This document shows positions 26,351 to 37,855 of a stretch of 64,000 nucleotides of DNA, in pieces. A model generated the notes under the pieces. The model saw nothing but the letters and a program-made list of their open reading frames with translations, did not search any database and was not told the DNA's origin. The first letter of the stretch is position 1. Each line of letters starts with the position of its first letter. The stretch covers positions 21,142,001-21,206,000 of the forward strand of contig NC_083422.1 of the NCBI RefSeq assembly GCF_020745735.1. The letters run 5' to 3'. Source of the DNA: Hemiscyllium ocellatum (lineage: Eukaryota). The position numbers and the translations under genes were made by a program.

Positions 26351-26764
26351 TAATATAAAGATTGTGTTAAAAGCCTGGAGACAGTAGAATAGATATCTCT
26401 TTTAGTTTTGGAAATTGTCATTCACCAATAGATCTCAAGCACTCTCACATCACAGTCAATAAATACATTAACGGCTCATAAAAAAAAGTATCTTCTCCCG
26501 ATGGTGCTTCCATCTTTCTAGCTCATCCAGTTCCAACACCAGAGTAAATTACATTTTCAGATTGCCAGTCAGATTGACAGGAGTAGCAATCCCAGATAAA
26601 TTGGTAATTTTTGACAGCTGGCCATGAATTGAAACAACTGTAAAAATCCACTTAAGACAGATAGCGACATCAAATAATTTGATGAGAATAATTTGTAATG
26701 CAGCCAGCCTTGTCGATTGAACTCCTGAGCTCCACTGCCAGATATGGATCAGTTGGTAAATATT

Positions 26765-27122
26765 CAAACATAAGAACCAGGAGTAGAAATAGGCCAAATA
26801 CCTGTCAAGCCTGCCCTATCTCTCAATGTGATCATGACAATCTTAAGCATCAACTTCACTTGACCCCTCTTTTCCCTATATCACTTGGTTCCCCAATCAA
26901 ATCCCAACCAAGAATCTGTCCATCTAAGTCCTAAATAGCCAGAGGCAGTGGCAGAAGCAGATAAGATAGCAATGCTTAAGAAGAATTTAGACAGACACAT
27001 GAACAGGCAGGGAGTAGAGGGATATGGACCATGTGCAGACAGGTTTAGAATGGCATCATTGTCAGTACAGACATGGTATACCGAAAGGCCTGTTCTGATG
27101 CTGTACTGTTCTGTGTTCTATG
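26765..27122. mobile_element. Two CR1 3' ends, antisense (about 26765-26935) then sense (about 26940-27122)
   Basis: CR1 3' UTR motifs (gagggatatggacc..., gctgtactgttctgtgttctatg). Confidence 0.65.
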
Positions 27123-28186
27123 ATGGTGCATTCACAATGCTCGAATTTGCAAAGTTCGTAACCCTTTGAGTGAAGTAATTCCTCTTCATTGCAGCCATAA
27201 ATTATCAGCTCTGGAAACCTTACCCCATTGTTCTGGCTGACCTCTGGCTGAGGAAAGAATCCTTCAGATGAGAAGCCCCTTCATAATTTTGAATGTTTAT
27301 CTGCTACCAAGTGATAGATTACATCTTGTAAGGCAATGCCACTTCCCATTTAGGCTCAACAGTGTTCATTCTCTACCATGATTAACCAAATAAGTCCTTA
27401 GACCCAAAGCACTGCAATGGTAGTGTGCCTGTCTGCAGACCAAGTGTCCTGGGTTCAGGTCCCACCTGCTCTAGAGGTGTGTCATAACATCTATGAACAG
27501 GTTGATTTAAAAAATACCTACTTGTGAGTTTTCATTGAGGAAAGAGGATTGTTGGCAGACGTGATCCCAAACATTGCTGAAAGCTCTTGGTTTCCCAGTG
27601 CGTTACAAAAACATTTAGTTATTGTGAGTAGATGTCAAGCAGACAACAAGCACTTGCTCACAGAGGTAACTTGCTCACATTGATATTCACACTGTTTTAA
27701 GTGTAGACGCAGGTTTATATGCCACTATCAATACCAAGAAAACCCCATGTGTCAGATGTCATTAACCACCATCAGAGCTGTTGGCAGAGTATAGGCATGG
27801 TTCTCAGCCTATTACAGGCCTTGACCCAGGCTTGCTGGGCTGTCAGAAGCTGGTGGTGCATCAGAGGCTTGCAGGTCCTGGGTGTTAAGGCCTACTGCTT
27901 TGGGGATCTGGTGACAAGAAGGTAAGTCATCTTTATAAATTTCTGCAGAGTGGGGGTTTTGGGGACAACATATGTGGCGTAGCTTTCAGAGGCCACCTCC
28001 ACTCCCCCATCCAAGTCTTCAATTGCTCCCAGGTTAGAGCAATTGGAGGCCATCCGTATCCCTGCAGGAGGGTTGTTCTGGGAAATTAGCTAACTTTCTC
28101 ATTCACCAGGATGACATGCCATCAGGCAGTTGGTGAGTTAAAACCATTAATTGACAACTTAAGAGCCTTTAATTTTAAACCTCTTG

Positions 28187-29310
28187 TGGCCTCCTTCTTC
28201 AAGGACAAATTTTCCTCCCATGTGGTCAATAATGCTCTCCAACGTGTCTCCACCACTTCTCACACCTCTATCCTTGAAGCTGCAAATGTGTTGCTGGTCA
28301 AAGCACAGCAGGCCAGGCAGCATCTCAAGGCCACCCCTCCAACCGCAACAAGGATAGAATCCTCCTAGTCCTTACCTTCCACCCCACCAATCTCTGGATA
28401 CAACACATCATTCTACGCCATTTCCACCTTCTACAGTCAGAACCCACCACCAGAGATATATTTCCCACATCTATCAGCATTCCGCAGAGACCATTCCCTT
28501 CGCAACTCCCTTGATAGGTCCATGCCCCTCACTGACCCAGCATCTACTCCCGGTACCTTGCCTTGCCACTGCAAAAGGCATAAAACCTGCACCCACACCT
28601 CCCCCCGCCTCACTTCCCTCCAAGGCCCCAAAGGATCCTTCCACCACTGGCAGAGATTTTCTTGCACCTCCAAACACCTCACCTACTGTGTTTCTTGTTC
28701 TTGATGTGGTCTCACCTACATTGGGGAGACAGGACGCCAACTCATGGAATGTTTCAGAGAACATCTCCAGGACACACGCACCAAGCAACTCCACCACCCT
28801 GTGGCCAACCACTTCAACTCCCCCTCCCACTCTGCCAAGTCCTGAGCCTCCTCCACTACCAAATACTAGCCATCCTACGCCTGGATGAGGACCACCTCAT
28901 CTTCCGCCTTGGGACCCTCTAACCACACAGCATCAACATTGATTTCACCAGTTTCCTAATTTCCCCTACCCCCACCTCATCGTACAGCCAATCCTCCAAC
29001 TCGACACCTGCCCTCGTGAACTGTTCTACCTGTCCACCTTCCTTCTCACCTATCCGCTTCACCTTCCACTCCAACCTGCATCTGCCTATCATCTTCCAAA
29101 CTATCTACCCCCAGCCTCACATCCCTCTCATTTATCTTGCAGCCCCCTTCCACCACTGACACACACCGCACCCCCCCCCAATTCCTGATGAAGGGTTTAT
29201 GGCTGAAACATCGACTCTCCTGCTCCTTGATGCTGTCTGACCTGCTGTGTTCTTCGAGTGCCACACTTTTCGACTGTGATATCCAATATCTGCAGTGCTC
29301 ATTTTCTAAC
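28187..29310 (+). mobile_element. Neptune-like PLE, 5'-truncated (RT C-terminus, Zn motif, GIY-YIG, decayed HHR, long tail)
   Basis: ASFFKD..., PCHCKRHKTCTH, tacattggggagacagg (YIGETG), attcctgatgaagggtttatggctgaaacatc. Confidence 0.88.
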
Positions 29311-29537
29311 ATTCTTAGCAGACGCACGTGCAGGGTGTGGTGAATTCTATGTTCTATGTTGTTTTATTTCTATTTTCCTCAGCAATGTTTTCTTATTCAA
29401 TCCTTAATTCACACTTTGATCTCTCCCCACACCACCCTTGCAGCCTTCCCCTCCCTTTGACTCGCTTCTTAAAATCTCCGTCTCTGTCCTTCCTTTTGTT
29501 CCCTCTTTGTTTGTCTTTGTCATCCGTCACATTTTAG

Positions 29538-30311
29538 TGTCGGAGAATTGAGCCCAATGGATCAGAGACCACCAACAAGGATCGTAGTGAAATTGACAAG
29601 CAGTTTATTACACAAAGCGATATCGCATTAGAGAAATTAACCAGGCTGACACAAAACTGATTCTCTGCACAGATGGCCAAATCCTCTTTTCAGAACAGAA
29701 AATGTAGGCATATTTTATAGGGGTACAACACAAAGGTGATGATTGTAAAGCAGTTAAAGTACAATGGTGAAAATTGTGAAGAGATTAAAACAAGAATAAA
29801 CTAAATGGAAGCTAACCAAGCGTCCGACAGTAGCAATTTATTTGTAATTAACACAGGAGATTCCAGCCATCTCTGTGAGTGGGTGAGAATGTCTTATTCT
29901 TCATCTGTGCAAATATGTGTAAATGTTCCTTCTCCTGGCATCCAGGTGTGCCCATTATGTTCCTCCTGTGAGCGAAGTCTTCTGGGGCCTCTCGGTCTGC
30001 CTCTTCGCTAATGCGGTATCCGTTTCAATAGGAAAGGAGCCTGCCCTTAGGGTGTTGGGACTGCAATGCTATTCGGGGCTGGGAGCTGATTGTGAATGCT
30101 GGTCTAGGAAGTGTATTCTCTGGTCTGGGAGTGCTTTGGCCATGTCTGGTTTTATGTTAGCCTGTTTTGCCAAGACTAGAGCACTCTGGGTAGTTTGTGT
30201 ATATGTTATCAGGCTTAATTTCTGTGTTTTGCAGGCCAACTACTGTGTTTTTATGTGGCAATGCTATGGGTCTTCAGGGTGGCACAGCTTTTCCCCAGAT
30301 TTTGTTTCACA
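29538..30311 (-). mobile_element. Possible solo LTR (right boundary uncertain)
   Basis: Starts TGT. On the minus strand there is an AATAAA (29604-29609) and a TATAAAA (29713-29719) in U3-R-U5 order. No matching TSD found. Confidence 0.45.
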
Positions 30312-31532
30312 GACTTATTTGTTTTTGCCATCTATTCAGTCTCCCTTCAGAAATGTCTCGATTGACTTTACGTTGTGATTATGCTTATTGTTTTCTTTCC
30401 CATATTGTCGCAGTCTTGACAAATATTTTTACTTGGTCTCTTTGCTTCCTTATTTCTTTCTTCCTCCTTCCTTCACTTCATTTTCACTTCTGTTGGTTCA
30501 TCCACACAAGTTGTTTCTAAGTGTCTGATAAACATCACTGGTTACAGATCATTCTCCACTGCAACCTGAGAATCTCTGGGGCTCTTAAGGAAGCTCTCCG
30601 AGATGATTTACGTTAGATCTTCACGAACAGCTGAACTTTATCATGCAGATACTTCAGAAATTGACAAATTAAATCTTTATTTTGAAGCACAAAAGACTTC
30701 AGGAGGTATTCAATACATTTGGAGATTGCTGCAAACATTGGGATATTTGCCAGGTGTGCAGATTGTCCAGTCAGCTCACCTTGACATCCTATTTCTGGCT
30801 CACTTTTATTTTGCAAAGACAACAAAGGAGAAAGTATTTGTAAGATGACACAACAGATGGTCAAGAAATGAAGTACTAACATGTTTAGTTCCTTGATTGC
30901 TTTGGGACTTGTAGACCTTCAGTGATGACATGGTATACAGTTCTCCACTCCACATTTCAATCTTGTTCTAGCGGTAATCCATAAAAGGTAAATTATTATC
31001 TCTTAACATGAGTTTATTTATTTTTAGTAGCTCGGATATTGGATGTTTGCTATCCTGTTATATTAATGGCTGACATTTGTTGATTTAGATTGAACAATAG
31101 ATGGAAGAGCTGAGAAAAAAAAGGCAAATTGATCACAGTGGCACCACAATCCTTGGTTTCTACTCTAACTTATCAGATTGAAATGTTGAGCATGAAAAGA
31201 CAGAATGCTTCAGCTAGTAAAAAAAAACATTTATTTAAGAGGTAATCCATCTCTTTGCTGACACATAATGATTGTTACAGTCTGTCTTGCTAGGCTGGAT
31301 GCCCATGAGCATATTAAAGCAATTAACTAGGTTTCAGTTTTAATCAGCTCCCCATATTCCCTTTTTTTTTGCTTAGAACACACCAAAAGCTCATTATACC
31401 ACTTTAAAATGCTTACTGTCACATAATACTGATATCAACTAGCCCCATGTTCACGGTTACTTTGAAATCATGTTCTTTGCCAGTTTGTGCAAACACATCA
31501 TTATCAGCTTCAGGGCACCCATGTCACACAAC

Positions 31533-33006
31533 AGTTGAGGTGCCGGAAGACTGGAGGTTGGCAAATGTAGTACCACTGTTTAAGAAAGTCGGTAAAGCCA
31601 AGCCAGGGAACTATAGACCGGTGAGCCTGACCTCAATGGTGGGCAAGTTGTTGGAGGGAATCCTGAGGGATAGGATGTACATATATTTGGAAAGACAAGG
31701 ACTGATTCGGGATAGTTAACATGGCTTTGTGCATGGGAAATCATGTCTCACAAATTTGATTGAATTTTTGGAAGAAGTAACAAAGAAGATTGATGAGGGC
31801 AGAGCGGTAGGTGGGATCTATATGGACTTCAGTAAGGCGTTCGACAAGGTTCCCCATGAGAGACCGATTAGCAAGGTTAGATCTCATGGAATACATGGAG
31901 AACTAGCCATTTGGATACAGAACTGGCTCAAAGGTAGAAGACAGAGGGTGGTGGTGGAGGGTTGTTTTTCAGACTGGAGGCCTGTTACCAGTTGACTGCC
32001 ACAAGGATCGGTGCTGGGCCCTCTACTTTTTGTCATTTACATAAATGATTTGGATGCGAGCATAAGAGGTACAGTTAGTAAGTTTGCAGATGACACCAAA
32101 ATTGGAAGTGTAGTGGACAGCGAAGAGGGTTACCTCAGATTACAACAGAATCTTGACCAGATGGACCAATGGGCTGAGAAGTGGCAGATGGAGTTTAATT
32201 CAGATAAATGTGAGGTGCTGCATTTTGGGAAAGCAAATCTTAGCAGGACTTATATACTTAATTGTAAGGTGCTAGGGAGTGTTGCTGAACAAAGAGACCT
32301 TGGAATGCAGGTTCATAGCTCCTTGAAAGTGGAGTTGCAGGTAGATAGGATAGTGAAGAAGGCATTTGGTATGCTTTCCTTTACTGGTCAGAGTATTGAA
32401 TACAGGAGTTGGGAGGTCATGTTGTGGCTGTATAGGACATTGGTTAGGCCACTGTTGGAATATTACATGCAATTCTGTACTCCTTCCTATCGGAAAGATG
32501 TTGTGAAACTTGAAAGGGTTCAGAAAAGATTTACAAGGATGTTGCCAGGGTTAGAGGATCTGAGCTACAGGGAGAGGCTGAACAGGCAGGGGCTGTTATC
32601 CCTGGAGCATCGGAGACTGAGAGGTGACCTTATAGAGGTTTACAAAATTATGAAAGGCATGATAGGATAAATAGACAAAGTCTTTTCCTTGGGGTAGGGG
32701 AGTCCAGAACTAGAGGGCATAGGTTTAGGGTGAGAGGGGAAAGATATAAAAGGGACCTAAGGAGCAATTTTTTCACGCAGAGGGTGGTATGTGTATGGAA
32801 TGAGTGCCAGAGGATATGGTAGAGTCTAGTACAATTGCAACATTCAAGAGTCATTTGGATGGGTATATGAATAGGAAGGGTTTGGAGGGATATGGGCCGG
32901 GTGCTGGCAGGCGGGACTAGATTGGGTTGGATATCTGATCGGCATGGACAGGTTGGACCGAAGGGTCTGTTTCCATGCTGTACATCTCCATGACTCTATG
33001 ACTCTA
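31533..33006 (+). mobile_element. HER1-like CR1 LINE, RT domain largely intact (a few stops)
   Basis: ORFs 31447..31719, 31729..31995 and 32011..32670: NYRPVSLTS, MDFSKAFDKV, GPLLFVIYINDL, KFADD; ctatgactcta tail. Confidence 0.95.
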
Positions 33007-34812
33007 ATTGGGAGAACATTATCAGCATTGGGAGAACACAATGATGTCAGAAACATTCCTCTAAGTGCCAAGAAGATTTTAAAACTTGCCATGTCCACAG
33101 GCCATGAGCATCAATAGAAATCAAAGGCATCAGACCAGCAGTGACAATTTTATCTTAAATGTATTTCAAAGTGAGCAAAATATGCACTACTGGAATAACA
33201 ATAAAGTAACTCCGATGTAGATATTTTAAAATCCAGTTTGCTCATAAATGATAAAAATTAAGATGACTTCTGATTAATAATTGCCTATATAAAAGACAGA
33301 GACTGGGAATGACTCTAAAATATTGCTGAATAAGTAAAATTGACAGTCCTCTGCGATATTCAAACTGACACAAGCCTTGATTAAAATATCACACAGTTGA
33401 ATATTGCACAAATTAGTTAAGAAAATGCAACAATTTTATATTTATGTTCAAAATGTACTAAGTACTTTTGTTTTAACATTTACCCAGCAAAGTCCATGTT
33501 ACACTTTTGCACAGTCAATGTCTAAAATGTGTTTGTTGGTTTCCTATAGTTGAATAACAGGGGAGTACGGGAAGGATTACAGGCTGAATGTTAACTTGTT
33601 CAACCTGTGTCATGATTGCTCCTTCTATGGCCTACATATTCTCATGTGGAACTTGAATTCAATTTCTGGTTTCGAGGCAAATTTATTACTTGCTGAGTCA
33701 CAGGACCTCCATGTAAAAATATTAATAGTGAGTCATCAGCTTGTTTCATATTGCCTTCAAATTTTATTTTCATGGGACTTCATTCCATTCAGTCTTTAAA
33801 GAAATGGAACACAATGTGATCCATATATGTGCTGTTAGGCAGCTTGGTGGCAAAATGGGTATCACCAATGAGACCTTGTGTTTTGGAAAATGCAGCCACA
33901 TGGTAGAAGTTCCACAACCTCTTTTGTTGAAGTATTCAGGAACTGTTTGATACTTCAAGGAATAAACGATTGACTTACCTGGAAAATATTAGCAGCATTG
34001 GTTTAAAATGAAACACAAAAGAGACACGAACGTTTAATATGTTGATGGTTTCCATTGTAATGGGCAAAACTATTTTCTGGATTTCATTATCTCAGACATT
34101 GATCAAACCCTAGTAAGTAGATTTTAGGGTTGTATTCTGCTGTGTTGGTGACTAATAGAGAGTATTATTAAACTGCAAGGCATAATTTCTTTTCTTAAAT
34201 CTAGTTTTGCTTGCTTGCAAATTAAGATCTTACTTAACTGTATTGTTTTTAAGTTTTATGTTTTTTTTCAGGATTGGGTGGGGCTAATCAAGCTCTATGC
34301 TGTAGAGATGGTGACACCAGTTAAAAATAAGGAAATATCATATCTGGTTCTGCAATTGCCTAGCATCAACTTAGGAAGCTGAAACAACAATGGCAAAGAC
34401 AGCTCTGTCAGACTTTGCACAAGCCTTCGCATTTACATCTCTGGGCTAGTGCCAAAACTGAGAGAGCTGTCTCACTGACTAGTCAAGCATCAGATTGAAA
34501 TAGTCATACTCACAGAATCATACCTGACAGACAGTGTCCCAGACATCACTATCTCTATCTCTGGATATGTCCTGTCCCACCAGCAGGACAGATCCAGTAG
34601 AGGTGGTGGCACAGCCAGATGCAGATAGGGAGTCCACAACATTGATCTGGACCCCATGAAGTCTCATGGCTTCAGGTCAAACATGGGCCAGGAAACCTCT
34701 TGCTGGTTTTCACGTAACGTCCTCCCTCAGCTGATGAATCAGTGCTCCTTATTGTTGAACAACTAGGAGGAAGCATTGAAGGTGCCAGGGTGCATTCCAG
34801 TGGGGAATTTCA

Positions 34813-35151
34813 GAGAACAGCCAGAGAATTCCTAGAAGCATGGCATTCATCCCCAAACTCCATTAACAGACACATTGACCTGGACACCATATACAAACCA
34901 CTACAGCTGAAACTGACACCCAGAAACGGCAAGAACATCCATCAACAGACACATCGACCTGGACCCCACATACAAATCACTGCAGTTGAAACTGACACCC
35001 GGAAGCGGCAAGAACAAACCACTATAAATACCGGAAGAAACATCAAAGCAGCGCTTCACACGAGGCTCCAACAGCACTGATGATGTTCCCTAGCCAGGGA
35101 ACGAAACGTTTACAGCAAAAACTTCCAGCTCGGCGAGCAGAACCACAACAA
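34813..35151 (+). mobile_element. Poseidon-like PLE 3' fragment, single arm ending at the short end
   Basis: QRTAREFLEAWHS...INRHIDLD (GIY-YIG C-terminus), HHR at 35074-35113, TSD gggaatttca (34803-34812 / 35152-35161). Confidence 0.88.
35074..35113 (+). ncRNA. Minimal hammerhead motif with one stem I mismatch
   Basis: gca-CTGATGA-T-gttccc(tagcca)gggaac-GAAA-CG-TT-tac. Confidence 0.7.
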
Positions 35152-35830
35152 GGGAATTTCAATGTCCAGCACCAAGAGTGAATCAGCAGCTGATCAAGCT
35201 GGTCGGGTCCTAAAGGACATAACTGCTAGACTAGGTCTGCAGCAGGTGATGAGAAAGCAAACAAAAGGAAAAACATACTTGACCTCATCCTTACCAAGTC
35301 GCCAGCTGCAGATCCATCTGTCCATGAATTGTTAAGAGTGACCACAGGACAGTTCTTGTGGACACAAAGTCCCACCTTCATATTGAGAATACCTTCATGT
35401 TGTGTGACATTATCACTGTGCTAAATGGGACAGACTTTGAACAGTCTGAAGACTGGGTATCCATGAGGTGCTGTGGGCCATCAACAGCAGCAGAACTGTA
35501 CTTTAGCAGAATCTACAACCTTATAGCCCCCCACTACCATCAAGGCAAAGGATTAACCCTGGTTCAATGGAGAGTGCAGGAGGGCATGCCAGGAGCAGCC
35601 CCAAGAATACTTAAAAATTGTGTCAACCTGGTGAAGCCACCAAACAGGACTACCTACATGCCAAACAGCATAAGCAGCCAGTAATAGACAAAAATAAGTG
35701 ATCCCACAACCAACAGATCAGATATAAGTTCTGCAGTCCTGCCACATCCAGTCATGAACGGTGGTGGACAATTAAACAACTCACTAGAGGAGGAGGCTCC
35801 ACAAACATCCCCATCCTCAATGATGGAAGG

Positions 35831-37855
35831 TGAAAATGTATTGTTGGAAAAGCGCAGCAGGTCAGGCAGCATCCAAGGAACAGGAAATTCGACATTTCGG
35901 GCATAAGCCCTTCTTCAGGAATGAGGAAAGTGTGTCCAGCAGGCTAAGATAAAAGGTAGGGAGGAGGGACTTGGGGGAGGGGCGATGGAGATGTGATAGG
36001 TGGAAGGAGGTCAAGGTGAGGGTGATAGGCCGGAGTGGGGTGGGGGCGGAGAGGTCAGGAAGAAGATTGCAGCTTAGGAAGGTGGTGCTGAGTTCAAGGG
36101 ATTTGACTGAGACAAGGTGGGGGGAGGGGAAATAAGGAAACTGGAGAAATCTGAGTTAATCCCTTGTGGTTGGAGGGTTCCCAGGCAGAAGATGAGGCGC
36201 TCTTCCTCCAACCGTCGTGTTGTTATGTTCTGGTGATGGAGGAGTCCAATGACCTGCATGTCCTTGGTGGAGTGGGAGGAGGAGTTAAAGTGTTGAGCCA
36301 CGGGATGGTTGGGTTGGTTGGTCCGGGTGTCCCAGAGGTGTTCTCTGAAACGTTCCGCAAGTAGGCGGCCTGTCTCCCCAATATAGAGGAGGCAACATCG
36401 GGTGCAGCAGATGCAATAGATGATGTGTGTGGAGGTGCAGGTGAATTTGTGGCAGATATGGAAGGATCCCTTGGGGCCATGAAGAGAAGTAAGGGAGGAG
36501 GTGTGGGCGCAAGTTTTGCATTTCTTGTGGTTGCAAGGGAAGGTGCCGGGATTGGAGGTTGGGTTGGTGGGGGGTGTGGACCTGACGAGGGAGTCACGGA
36601 GGGAGTGGTCTTTTCGGAACGTTGATGGGGGAGGGGAGGGAAATATATTCCTGGTGGTGGGGTCCGTTTGGAGGTGGCGGAAATGACGGCGGATGATACG
36701 CTGTATATGGAGGTTGGTAGGGTGGTAGGTGAAAACCAGTGGGGTCTGGTCCTGGTGGCGGTTGGAGGGGCGAGGCTCAAGGGCGTAGGAGTGGGAAGTA
36801 GAGGAGATGCGGTGCATCTCCTCCACTTCCCGCTCTCCACCGCATCTCCTCCACTTCCCGCTCCTCCGCTCTTGAGCTCCGCCCCTCCAATCGCCACCAG
36901 GACAGAACCCCACTGGTTTTCACCTACCACCCCACCAACCTCCATATACAGCGTATCATACGTCGTCATTTCCGCCACCTCCAAACGGACCCCACCACCA
37001 GGGATATATTTCCCTCCCCTCCCCTACCAGCGTTCCGAAAAGACCACTCCCTCTGTATCTCCCTCGTCTGGCCCACACCCACCACCAACCCAACCTCCAC
37101 TCCTGGCACCTTCCCCTGCAACAGCAAGAAATGCAAACCTTGCGCCCACACCTCCTCCCTTACTTCTCTCCAAGGCCCCAAGGGATCCTTCCAAAGCCGC
37201 CACAAATTCACCTGCACCTCCACACACATCATCTATTGCATCCACTGCACCCGATGTGGCCTCCTCTATATTGGGGAGACAGGCCGCCTACTTGCGGAAC
37301 GTTTCAGAGAACACCTCTGGGACACCCGGACCAACCAACCCAACCACCCCGTGGCTCAACACTTTAACTCACCCTCCCACTCCACCAAGGACATGCAGGT
37401 CCTTGGACTCCTCCATCGCCAGAACATAACAACACGACGGTTGGAGGAAGACCACCTCATCTTCCACCAGGGAACCCTCTAACCACAAGGGATGAACTCA
37501 GATTTCTCCAGTTTCCTCATTTCCCCTCCCCCCACCTTGTCTCAGTCAAATCCCTTGAACTCAGCACCGCCCTCCTAACCTGCAATCTTCTTCCTGACCT
37601 CTCTGCCCCCACCCCACTCCGGCCTATCACCCTCACCTTGACCTCCTTCCACCTATCGCATCTCCATCACCCCTCCCCCAAATTCCTCCTCCCTACCTTT
37701 TATCTTAGCCTGCTGGACACACTTTCCTCATTCCTGCAGAAAGGCTTATGCCTGAAACGTCGAATTTCCTGTTCCTTGGATGCTGCCTGACCTGCTGTGC
37801 TTTTCCAGCAACACATTTTCAGCTCTGATCTCCAGCATCTGCAGACCTCACTTTC
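35831..37855. mobile_element. Neptune-like PLE, about 1 kb inverted arms
   Basis: ORF 36074..36913 (-) contains PCNHKKCKTC...YIGETGR. Foldback centre at 36811-36813, 34 nt extra tail on the right, TSD tcctcaatgatggaagg (35814-35830 / 37856-37872). Confidence 0.95.

Noticed and set aside
36074-37429. Mirror-image Pro/Thr-rich ORFs (36223..36984 -, 36668..37429 +)
   Set aside because: They are alternative frames of the two inverted Neptune arms.
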